Positions 21,550-29,620 of a stretch of 32,000 nucleotides of DNA are shown in pieces. Origin of the DNA: Xylanibacter ruminicola 23 (GTDB lineage Bacteria > Bacteroidota > Bacteroidia > Bacteroidales > Bacteroidaceae); NCBI RefSeq assembly GCF_000025925.1, contig NC_014033.1, positions 3,330,001 through 3,362,000 on the forward strand, given 5' to 3'. Made by a program: the position numbers and the translations under genes. Positions within the stretch are counted from its first letter, which is position 1. Every line of letters starts with the position of its first letter. The notes below the pieces were generated by a model. That model searched no databases. It had not been told where the DNA came from and saw only the letters and a program-made list of their open reading frames with translations.

Positions 21550-24128
21550 ATCAACTATTCTTATCATTGGCATTGTGTGTGGGGCTGGGAGCCTCGGCAC
21601 AAACATTGCCTTACCAGAACCCGAACCTCTCGGCTAAAGAGCGAGCCGTTGACCTTTGTAGTAGACTGACTTTGGAAGAGAAAGCCATGCTGATGCTGGA
21701 TGAGAGTCCGGCCATCCCCCGCTTGGGCATCAAGAAATTCTTCTGGTGGAGCGAGGCGCTGCATGGTGCGGCTAACATGGGTAACGTAACCAATTTCCCT
21801 GAGCCTGTAGGTATGGCTGCGTCGTTCAACCCTCATCTGCTGTTTAAGGTGTTCGACATCGCATCTACCGAGTTCCGTGCTCAGTACAATCATCGTATGT
21901 ACGACCTGAATGGCGAGGATATGAAGATGCGTAGCCTCTCTGTTTGGACACCAAACGTGAACATTTTCCGCGACCCTCGTTGGGGACGTGGACAGGAAAC
22001 CTATGGCGAGGATCCCTATCTTACCAGTGTGATGGGCGTGCAGGTGGTGAAAGGCTTGCAGGGGCCTGAGGATGCCAGATACCGTAAGCTCTGGGCCTGT
22101 GCCAAGCACTATGCCGTGCACAGTGGTCCTGAGTACACACGTCATACTGCCAACCTGACTGATGTGTCGGCCCGTGACTTCTGGGAGACTTATATGCCTG
22201 CCTTCAAGACATTGGTAAAGGATGCGAAAGTGCGCGAGGTGATGTGTGCCTATCAGCGTCTGGACGATGATCCCTGCTGTGGTTCAACCCGTCTGCTCCA
22301 GCAGATATTGCGCGATGAGTGGGGCTTTGAGTACCTCGTTGTGAGCGACTGTGGTGCTGTTAGCGACTTCTACGAGAACCATAAGTCGTCGTCGGATGCC
22401 GTACATGGTACATCGAAAGCTGTCTTGGCTGGTACCGATGTAGAGTGTGGCTTTAACTATGCCTATAAGAGTCTGCCCGAGGCAGTCAGAAAAGGTCTGC
22501 TCTCTGAGAAGGAGGTTGATAAGCACGTGATCCGTTTGCTCGAAGGTCGTTTCGACCTGGGTGAGATGGATGATCCGTCGCTGGTGGAGTGGTCGAAGAT
22601 TCCTTATTCGGCTATGTCGACCAAGGCTTCGGCTAACGTAGCGCTGGACATGGCCCGTCAGACCATCGTACTGCTTCAGAACAAGAACAATATCCTGCCT
22701 CTGAAGAAGAATGCCGAGAAGATTGCCATTATCGGTCCTAATGCTCATAACGAGCCTATGATGTGGGGAAACTATAATGGTACTCCTAACCATACCGTTA
22801 CCATCCTGGATGGTGTGAAGGCTAAGCAGAAGAAACTGGTTTATATACCTGGCTGCGACCTGACAAATGATAAGGTGATGGAGTGCCATCTGGCTACCGA
22901 CTGTGTAACTCCCGATGGTAAGAAAGGCTTGAAGGGTACATTCTGGAACAACACAGAGATGGCTGGAAAGCCCTTTACTACCGAATACTACACCAAACCG
23001 GTAAATGTAACCACTGCAGGTATGCACGTGTTTGCACCCAACCTGCCTATCGAGGATTTCTCGGCTAAGTACGAGACAACCTTTACAGCCAAAGAGGCTG
23101 GCGAGTATGTGGTAAACGTGGAGAGTACTGGTCATTTCGAACTCTATGTCAATGGCAAGCAGCAGTTTGTGAACCATATCTGGCGTGCAACACCAACACG
23201 CACGGTGCTGAAAGCTGAAAAGGGTCAGAAGTTTGATATTGAGGTACGTTTCCAGACCGTGAAGACATGGGGTGCTTCGATGAAGATTGATGTGGCTCGC
23301 GAGCTGAATATCGATTATCAAGAGACCATCGCCCAGCTGAAGGGTATCAATAAGGTGATTTTCTGTGGTGGTATCGCTCCCAGTCTGGAGGGCGAGGAGA
23401 TGCCTGTAAACATCGAGGGCTTTAAAGGTGGCGACCGTACCAGCATCGAACTGCCTAAGGTGCAGCGCGAGTTCCTGAAGGCCCTGAAGGCTGCAGGAAA
23501 GCAGGTGATCTATGTAAACTGTTCGGGTTCGGCTATTGCCCTGCAGCCAGAGACAGAAAGCTGCGATGCTATCGTACAGGCCTGGTATCCTGGTCAGGAG
23601 GGTGGTACAGCTGTGGCCGACGTGCTCTTTGGCGACTATAACCCAGGCGGAAAACTGTCGGTAACCTTCTATAAGAACGACCAGCAGCTGCCCGATTATG
23701 AGGACTACTCGATGAAGGGTCGTACCTATCGCTATTTTGATGATGCGCTGTTCCCCTTCGGCTATGGCTTGAGCTATACTACTTTCGAGGTGGGCGAGGC
23801 TAAGGTTGAGGCTGCTACCGATGGTGCGCTTTACAACGTACAGATACCTGTAACCAATACCGGCACCAAGAACGGTAGCGAAACCATCCAGCTGTATATC
23901 CGCAACCTGCAGGATCCCGACGGTCCACTGAAGAGTCTGCGTGGCTTTGAGCGTTTGGATATCAAGGCCGGTAAGACGGCAACAGCCAACCTGAAGCTGA
24001 CCAAGGAGTCGTTGGAGTTCTGGGATGCTGAGACAAACACCATGCGAACCAAACCCGGAAAGTACGAGATACTCTACGGAACCAGTTCGTTGGACAAAGA
24101 TCTGAAAAAACTGACCATCACTTTATAG
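21543..24128 (+). CDS. Glycoside hydrolase family 3 (beta-xylosidase/beta-glucosidase) with PA14 insertion
   Basis: 861-aa ORF with a signal peptide. GH3 motifs KHYAVHSGPE and YLVVSDCGAV (nucleophile Asp). A PA14-like insert is seen at GLKGTFWNNTEMAGKPF...YVVNVESTGHFELYVNGKQQF, with a C-terminal FnIII-like domain. Its position in a xylan cluster suggests beta-xylosidase. Confidence 0.9.
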   Translation: MKYQLFLSLALCVGLGASAQTLPYQNPNLSAKERAVDLCSRLTLEEKAMLMLDESPAIPRLGIKKFFWWSEALHGAANMGNVTNFPEPVGMAASFNPHLLFKVFDIASTEFRAQYNHRMYDLNGEDMKMRSLSVWTPNVNIFRDPRWGRGQETYGEDPYLTSVMGVQVVKGLQGPEDARYRKLWACAKHYAVHSGPEYTRHTANLTDVSARDFWETYMPAFKTLVKDAKVREVMCAYQRLDDDPCCGSTRLLQQILRDEWGFEYLVVSDCGAVSDFYENHKSSSDAVHGTSKAVLAGTDVECGFNYAYKSLPEAVRKGLLSEKEVDKHVIRLLEGRFDLGEMDDPSLVEWSKIPYSAMSTKASANVALDMARQTIVLLQNKNNILPLKKNAEKIAIIGPNAHNEPMMWGNYNGTPNHTVTILDGVKAKQKKLVYIPGCDLTNDKVMECHLATDCVTPDGKKGLKGTFWNNTEMAGKPFTTEYYTKPVNVTTAGMHVFAPNLPIEDFSAKYETTFTAKEAGEYVVNVESTGHFELYVNGKQQFVNHIWRATPTRTVLKAEKGQKFDIEVRFQTVKTWGASMKIDVARELNIDYQETIAQLKGINKVIFCGGIAPSLEGEEMPVNIEGFKGGDRTSIELPKVQREFLKALKAAGKQVIYVNCSGSAIALQPETESCDAIVQAWYPGQEGGTAVADVLFGDYNPGGKLSVTFYKNDQQLPDYEDYSMKGRTYRYFDDALFPFGYGLSYTTFEVGEAKVEAATDGALYNVQIPVTNTGTKNGSETIQLYIRNLQDPDGPLKSLRGFERLDIKAGKTATANLKLTKESLEFWDAETNTMRTKPGKYEILYGTSSLDKDLKKLTITL

Positions 24129-25410
24129 TGGTGGTCTTTTTTTGACGTAACAAAAGTGTAGTGGTGATAATCATAAACAGGGCTACACAGCCTGCAATCA
24201 CGTAGAACCAGTAATCAACAACAGGTTTCTCCTTGATTTTCTCCCAAATCTCACGAAGCACTTCCTGGCGGTCGCCACTGTCGCGTAGATAGCTGCAACG
24301 GCTGATGACGTCCTTGGTGGGATACATCACGCTATCTACATGAACGGCGGTTGCTTCAGGGCCAAAAAAATAACTCAGATCGATGGCAGGAAGACTGTCG
24401 TTGGTAACAGCTTGCAGTATCTCGGGTGTGCCGATGGCCGAACTGTAGCCTGTTTCTTCCATACACAACAGGGCTATATCAGGGCGGCACAGGAAGTTTA
24501 TCCAGAGGCTGGCGGCCTTGATATTCTTACAGGTGGTGGGAATCACCCAGCAGTCGGCCCAGCAGTCGCTACCCTCGATGGGTACAACATACTGCAGGTT
24601 GGTGTTGTCGCCTGCCTCGTCGATAGCCCATCTGGCGTCGCCGTTCCAGGTTATACTCATCCAGTCCTTGCCGGCTGACATCAGGCGCTTGTCGTCCTCT
24701 ACATCAAAACTCTTCATCTGTGGACGGGCCGACTCCAGCAAGTCCTCGACAATAGCGATGTTGCGGTTGGTGAGGTAGGCGGCCAACAGGTTGCGGTTGG
24801 CTACGCCCGACTTGATGTCATCGTAGAATGCGTAGTTGATAAACACGTTATAGATATCGCTGAACGAGTCTTTCATAATCACCTTGCCGCGATATTTCGA
24901 GTCGAACAGGAATGCCCAACTGTTTACCTCTTCGGGTTTAACAAACTTGGTGTTGATGAGTACGCCTGTGTTACCCCATAGATAGCCTACGGTGTAATCC
25001 TTGGCGGTGATGCCCTGTGCCTCGCCGATGTGCTGTAGCATGTTGTCGATGAAGGGTGAGGTGCCATGCAGGTAGTTAGGAATGCCTTGAGCCACGAAAC
25101 TGGTGTCGATCGGGGTGAGCATCTTGTGCTTCATCATGCGTTCGGCCAGATATTCGGGTGGACAGAACACATCCACCTCTGTCTGCTGGTCCTTTATCAT
25201 GTCGAAACACTCTTCAGGGTAGTCGTAGGTTACGTAGCTTACCTTGATAGGCTGGCCTGTAACCTGCTGGTACCATTTCTCAAACTTCTCTATAACGCCT
25301 ACACCAATGTAGTCGCCCCAGTTATATACCTTCAGTATCTGTTGACGGTCCTGTGCCTGTATGGCCAGACTGCAACACAAGGCAAGAATAGCGGTTGCTA
25401 GCCGTTTCAT
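24118..25410 (-). CDS. PotD/PotF-like (spermidine/putrescine-type) periplasmic solute-binding protein with C-terminal TM anchor; no cognate ABC genes in the window
   Basis: The track ORF runs to 25728 (overlapping the HTCS 3' end). The internal ATG at 25410 gives signal peptide MKRLATAILALCCSLAIQAQD and the PotD-like start LKVYNWGDYI. The C-terminus VVDYWFYVIAGCVALFMIITTTLLLRQKK is a TM helix. The start lies 17 nt after the HTCS stop. The 3' end overlaps the GH3 3' end by 11 nt (24118-24128). Confidence 0.8.
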   Translation of the reverse strand: MKRLATAILALCCSLAIQAQDRQQILKVYNWGDYIGVGVIEKFEKWYQQVTGQPIKVSYVTYDYPEECFDMIKDQQTEVDVFCPPEYLAERMMKHKMLTPIDTSFVAQGIPNYLHGTSPFIDNMLQHIGEAQGITAKDYTVGYLWGNTGVLINTKFVKPEEVNSWAFLFDSKYRGKVIMKDSFSDIYNVFINYAFYDDIKSGVANRNLLAAYLTNRNIAIVEDLLESARPQMKSFDVEDDKRLMSAGKDWMSITWNGDARWAIDEAGDNTNLQYVVPIEGSDCWADCWVIPTTCKNIKAASLWINFLCRPDIALLCMEETGYSSAIGTPEILQAVTNDSLPAIDLSYFFGPEATAVHVDSVMYPTKDVISRCSYLRDSGDRQEVLREIWEKIKEKPVVDYWFYVIAGCVALFMIITTTLLLRQKKTTTIK

Positions 25411-25427
25411 ATCGTTCCTTTTTTTGT

Positions 25428-28400
25428 TTAGCGCTCTTCGTGCTCCTTCATATAGTCGCGTGGCGACATACCGTAGAATTTCTTGAATACGGTAGAGAAC
25501 GAGGCTGAGTTTGCAAATCCACATGCATACATCACCTCGGTAACGTTCATGCCTTGGTTGGCCAGCAGCTGGGCGGCCTTCTTCAGGCGGATATTGCGGA
25601 TAAAGTCGTGAGGTGTCTGGCCGGTAAGGTCCTTCATCTTGCGATGCAGGTGTACACGGCTGATACCAACAGTATCGGCAATCATATCTACACTCAGGTC
25701 GGAGTTGTTCAGGTTCTTGTTGATGCACTCCATGATGCGCTCCAGCAGCTTCTCGTCGGGCGACTTGAGTTCAATCTCGTCAATCTGTTCCTCCAGGCTG
25801 TCGTTACGCTCGTACTTCAGGCGCAGCAGACGGTGCTTGTTAATGAGGTTCATGATGGTGCGGCGCAGAATCTCCATGTTGAATGGTTTAACGATGTAGG
25901 CATCGGCACCAGTCTCCAGACTCTCCAGTTTGTCCTCGTCGCGGTTCTTGGCGGTGAGCAGTACTACTGGGATAGAATTGGTGTTAGGATTGGTTTTGAT
26001 GCGGGTACACAGGGTGTTACCATCCATCTCGGGCATCATGATATCACTCAGTACCAGGTCGGGCTTGGTGCGGATTACCTCGCCAAGTGCCTCGCGACCA
26101 TTGGTGCAGGCATGTATATCGTAATCCTTCGAGAGCTCGCTCTCAAGGTAGTTGCGAATCTCCTCATCATCTTCGGCAATCACCAGAGTGAGCTTGCGGT
26201 TGCCAGGTGTCATCTCGCTCATCGGGTTAATCAGCTCTGTCTCGGGCTCCTCTTCCAACAGCAGTTCGGGGGTGATGGTCTCGGCGGCCTCGGCTGCTTC
26301 GGCTTCGGTAATCATCTCGTCAGCATTCAGATGGCTGTTGCCCATAGGGATGGTAATCACAAACTCACAGCCCTTCTCCAGGTTGTGAACGGTAATGGTA
26401 CCATGGTGCAGCTCAACCAGCGAACGGGTAAGGTCGAGACCGATGCCAGTGCCCACATAACGGTCGTTGAGCGTGGTGGGCGTCTGATAGAAGCGGTCGA
26501 AGATCTTGTTCATCTTATCCTCGGGGATGCCTTCGCCATTGTCGTAGATGGCGATTGTGGCCGATTCGTCAGTATGACTGATGCGAATGCCTATCTCGCC
26601 ACCGGTTGGGGTGTACTTGAAAGCATTCGAGAGTACATTCATAAGTACCTTATCGAAGTTCTGGCGATCTATCCATACAGGAATCTTATCGCTATCGTGT
26701 TCGTAGATAAACTTAATCTGCTTGGTCTTGGCCTGATTATCAAACAGGTCGTAGATATCCTTGGCAAAGCTTACCAGGTTGGTCTCACGCATTCGCATCT
26801 GCATCTGACCCTTGTCGATCTTTCGCAGGTCCATCATCTGGTTAATCAGACTGAGAATACGCTCGGCATTACGACGGATGGTTTCGTAAACTGCTTTGCG
26901 GCTGGGATCGTTGTCGTTCTTGATAAGCGAGAGCAACGGTGTGAGAATCAGCGTCATTGGGGTGCGGATCTCGTGACTCATGTTCATGAAGAAACGCAAC
27001 TTGGCCTCGCCCATCTCTTCGGCATGGATATGGGCCTGGAGGCGCAGCTTATCCTGCTCCTTATGGCGACGGTAAACCAAATACTGCCATACAAACATAC
27101 CGATAACCATAGCGTAGAAGAAATAAGCCCAAGCCGAGCGGTACCACGGACTGTGGATAACCACCGTGAACTCTCTTACGGGTGTTTCTACGTTATTGCG
27201 CTCGGCCTTAACCCTGAATCGGTAGGTGCCTTGTGGCAGGTGCGACAGGGTAAGCACGTTCTCGCCTGGCTGCAAGCGGTTGAATGGCTCGCCATTAATA
27301 CTATATAAATAAGATATGTGTTCAGGGTTCTCGTAGGTAAGGGTCGAGAACTGGATTGAGAACGTGTTATCGCTATAGCTGAGTTCGAAACGGTTGCTGG
27401 CAATGATGGTAGTATCGGTAACCAGATAACTGCCTGAATGGGTGGCACGACTTACCTGCTGACCATTGATAGAGAAGGAGGTGAGCTCAACCTCAGCCTC
27501 CCACTTGCTAGGAGCAATATGGTGAGAGTCGAACCACGAGATACCTGCTGTGCCACCCATGGTGAGGATACCATCGGGCGACATGAATGAGGCACCATCG
27601 CTGAACTCGTTACTCTGCAGACCATCATCCACAAAATAGTTCTGCCAGATATCGGATTTAGGTGTGAAACAGCTCAGTCCGTGGTCGGTACCTATCCAAA
27701 GACGGCCTTGCAGGTCGCGTTCGATGGTGGCAATACCGTTATCGGCCAAACCATCAGCACGGGTATATTGCTGGGTTTTGTGGGTACGCAGATCGTAGCG
27801 GAACAAGCCCTCGTTGGTACCATACCACAGGTTACCGTCGTATTCGCGGGTAATTCTTACAGGGGTGCTGTAGTTCAGACAGTTCATACCAAAGGTGCTT
27901 GTCCAGCTGTTGGCAGGGATGTCGAGACAGCATAACCCCATACTGGTGGATACATACAAACGTTTGCCATCGGGCGACAGTTGAACCTGCGATACATAAT
28001 CGTTGGTAATGCAGTTCATCTTCCTGTTCTTATCAGCGCCTGCCTTCATTTTGTAAATGGCCAGCACACGTCCGTCGTTGGGGTCCATCTTCACAATGCC
28101 ATGTTTCATGGTACCCAACCACAGGTAGCCATCGTTGCCCACGGCTATGTCCATTACAATCAGGTTGGGATCCATGGGGAATGGTACGCGGTGATACTGG
28201 AAGGTAACAGGATCAACCCAGCCGATACCTTCGCGGTATGTACCTAACCAGATACGTCCCTTCTGGTCTTCGGCCAGCGATACGATGACTGATGGATACT
28301 GGTCCTTAAGGTGCTTAGAGGCCTGGCTGTAGAAATCGTAGCAGTAAAGCCCGTCCTTATCGGTACCCACCCATACACGCTTCTTGCTGTCCAAGATAAC

Positions 28401-29432
28401 GCTGATGACGCAGGCTGTACCTAATATATTATGGGCACCAAGTTTATGTCCCATGTAGTGGAAGCCCTTAAAGCTGATGGGCTGCATAAAGATACCCTTC
28501 TGCAATAATCCGAACCACAGGTTGCCGCTCTTGTCCTCGGTAATAGAGTAAACCTTACTCATAGGAAGGTTAACCTCGAGTGAGAAGAACGGGTTATCAA
28601 TCAGTTCGGGTTTGCGGGGATTATAGAGGGCTATACCCTGACCATCGTAACCAATCACAATGTTACCATCGTGGGCACAATAGAGCGATGATACGGCTTT
28701 AGTACCTGTTTCGGCAATGTGAACGAACGTGTCGCCCTGCATTCTGAATACACCGCAGTTGGTGCTACCGGCATAGATGATGCCATCGGCACCTTCGCAG
28801 AGGCATGAGAACACCACGCTGGGCAGGTTCTGCATATGGCGCTTGACGGTCTTGCCGTTGTATGAGATGAGGCCCATGTGCTCTGTAACAATCCACAGGG
28901 TACCTGTACGGTCCTCAATCATACTGTTAACGGTGTGTATGGTCGCCAAAGGTCCCTTCTCCTGATAGGCTGTCTTCTGATCCTTGAACTTCAGGATACC
29001 TAGACCAGAGGTTCCCACCAGTACGTCGCCATTGGCACGCTCCAGGAAGCAGTTGGGGTAACTGTGACCGGCGTTGCCGTTCTTGTCGTACATGGTGACA
29101 TTATGGAATTTGGTGCCGTCCCACGTCTGCAGGGCGCCATACATACCAAAATAAAATAAACCATTGCGATCTTGCATCATGCTGTTCACATAGTTGCTGG
29201 CCAGTGAACTGTCGTGCTCGTTCTCTTTCTTGAATACGCGGAACTGATAACCATCGTAGCGATTGATACCGTTACGGGTGGTTGTCCAGATGAATCCCTC
29301 GTTATCAAGATATACTTGTGTTACAAAGCTGCTTGATAATTGATGATCGGTAGTGAAGAACTTTCCCCTTTGGGCGAAAGCACTCAACGAGAGAAGTGAA
29401 GTAGCTAGAGTCAGTATATACTTAACTTTCAT
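25428..29432 (-). CDS. Hybrid two-component system sensor histidine kinase/response regulator with AraC-type HTH (HTCS), complete
   Basis: 1334-aa ORF. It has a signal peptide, propeller repeats, a Y_Y_Y region and the TM helix AWAYFFYAMVIGMFVWQYLVY. H-box MSHEIRTPMT, HATPase GTGIGLDLTRSLVELHHG, receiver LVIAEDDEEIRNYL...DLVLSDIMMPEMDG, and C-terminal AraC HTH ...ACGFANSASFSTVFKKFYGMSPRDY. Confidence 0.92.
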   Translation of the reverse strand: MKVKYILTLATSLLSLSAFAQRGKFFTTDHQLSSSFVTQVYLDNEGFIWTTTRNGINRYDGYQFRVFKKENEHDSSLASNYVNSMMQDRNGLFYFGMYGALQTWDGTKFHNVTMYDKNGNAGHSYPNCFLERANGDVLVGTSGLGILKFKDQKTAYQEKGPLATIHTVNSMIEDRTGTLWIVTEHMGLISYNGKTVKRHMQNLPSVVFSCLCEGADGIIYAGSTNCGVFRMQGDTFVHIAETGTKAVSSLYCAHDGNIVIGYDGQGIALYNPRKPELIDNPFFSLEVNLPMSKVYSITEDKSGNLWFGLLQKGIFMQPISFKGFHYMGHKLGAHNILGTACVISVILDSKKRVWVGTDKDGLYCYDFYSQASKHLKDQYPSVIVSLAEDQKGRIWLGTYREGIGWVDPVTFQYHRVPFPMDPNLIVMDIAVGNDGYLWLGTMKHGIVKMDPNDGRVLAIYKMKAGADKNRKMNCITNDYVSQVQLSPDGKRLYVSTSMGLCCLDIPANSWTSTFGMNCLNYSTPVRITREYDGNLWYGTNEGLFRYDLRTHKTQQYTRADGLADNGIATIERDLQGRLWIGTDHGLSCFTPKSDIWQNYFVDDGLQSNEFSDGASFMSPDGILTMGGTAGISWFDSHHIAPSKWEAEVELTSFSINGQQVSRATHSGSYLVTDTTIIASNRFELSYSDNTFSIQFSTLTYENPEHISYLYSINGEPFNRLQPGENVLTLSHLPQGTYRFRVKAERNNVETPVREFTVVIHSPWYRSAWAYFFYAMVIGMFVWQYLVYRRHKEQDKLRLQAHIHAEEMGEAKLRFFMNMSHEIRTPMTLILTPLLSLIKNDNDPSRKAVYETIRRNAERILSLINQMMDLRKIDKGQMQMRMRETNLVSFAKDIYDLFDNQAKTKQIKFIYEHDSDKIPVWIDRQNFDKVLMNVLSNAFKYTPTGGEIGIRISHTDESATIAIYDNGEGIPEDKMNKIFDRFYQTPTTLNDRYVGTGIGLDLTRSLVELHHGTITVHNLEKGCEFVITIPMGNSHLNADEMITEAEAAEAAETITPELLLEEEPETELINPMSEMTPGNRKLTLVIAEDDEEIRNYLESELSKDYDIHACTNGREALGEVIRTKPDLVLSDIMMPEMDGNTLCTRIKTNPNTNSIPVVLLTAKNRDEDKLESLETGADAYIVKPFNMEILRRTIMNLINKHRLLRLKYERNDSLEEQIDEIELKSPDEKLLERIMECINKNLNNSDLSVDMIADTVGISRVHLHRKMKDLTGQTPHDFIRNIRLKKAAQLLANQGMNVTEVMYACGFANSASFSTVFKKFYGMSPRDYMKEHEER

Positions 29433-29485
29433 TGTTTTGTTAGTAATTAAATGGTTGCGTTAGTCGTTTTATTGTTTATATGTTG

Positions 29486-29493
29486 CAAAGATA
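29486..29493 (-). promoter_or_regulatory. Putative -7 promoter box (TATCTTTG) for the HTCS gene
   Basis: Reverse complement of caaagata, 53 nt upstream of the ATG at 29432. A TTTG lies 20 nt further upstream on the minus strand, in the -33 position. Confidence 0.5.
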
Positions 29494-29579
29494 GTGCATT
29501 TCTCGTGATGTAACAAACAAATGTTACAAATATTAAAGTTTTTGATACATTTAATGTGGTTTTACTCCCAAAAATGCCC

Positions 29580-29587
29580 TATCTTTG
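29580..29587 (+). promoter_or_regulatory. Putative -7 promoter box (TATCTTTG) for the GH115 gene
   Basis: Exact TAnnTTTG match 33 nt upstream of the ATG at 29621. Confidence 0.5.
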
Positions 29588-29620
29588 CGCAAAATTATAT
29601 AATTTGTAACATTCGTAGTG

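Noticed and set aside
25411-25728. N-terminal 106-aa extension of the PotD-like ORF (track start 25728)
   Set aside because: It overlaps the 3' end of the HTCS gene in another frame. It is rich in R/P/Q/C/Y, which looks non-protein-like. The internal ATG at 25410 gives a proper signal peptide immediately followed by the PotD-like fold.
29509-29611. TGTAACA-N6-TGTTACA inverted repeat (29509-29528), with further TGTAACA copies at 29605-29611 and 2409-2415, as possible HTCS (AraC-domain) binding sites
   Set aside because: These are 7-mers in AT-rich intergenic DNA. Their positions relative to the -7 boxes are inconsistent (the -33 region for one, the 5' UTR for another). In the HTCS promoter the repeat overlaps the expected -33 TTTG element, which explains it more simply.
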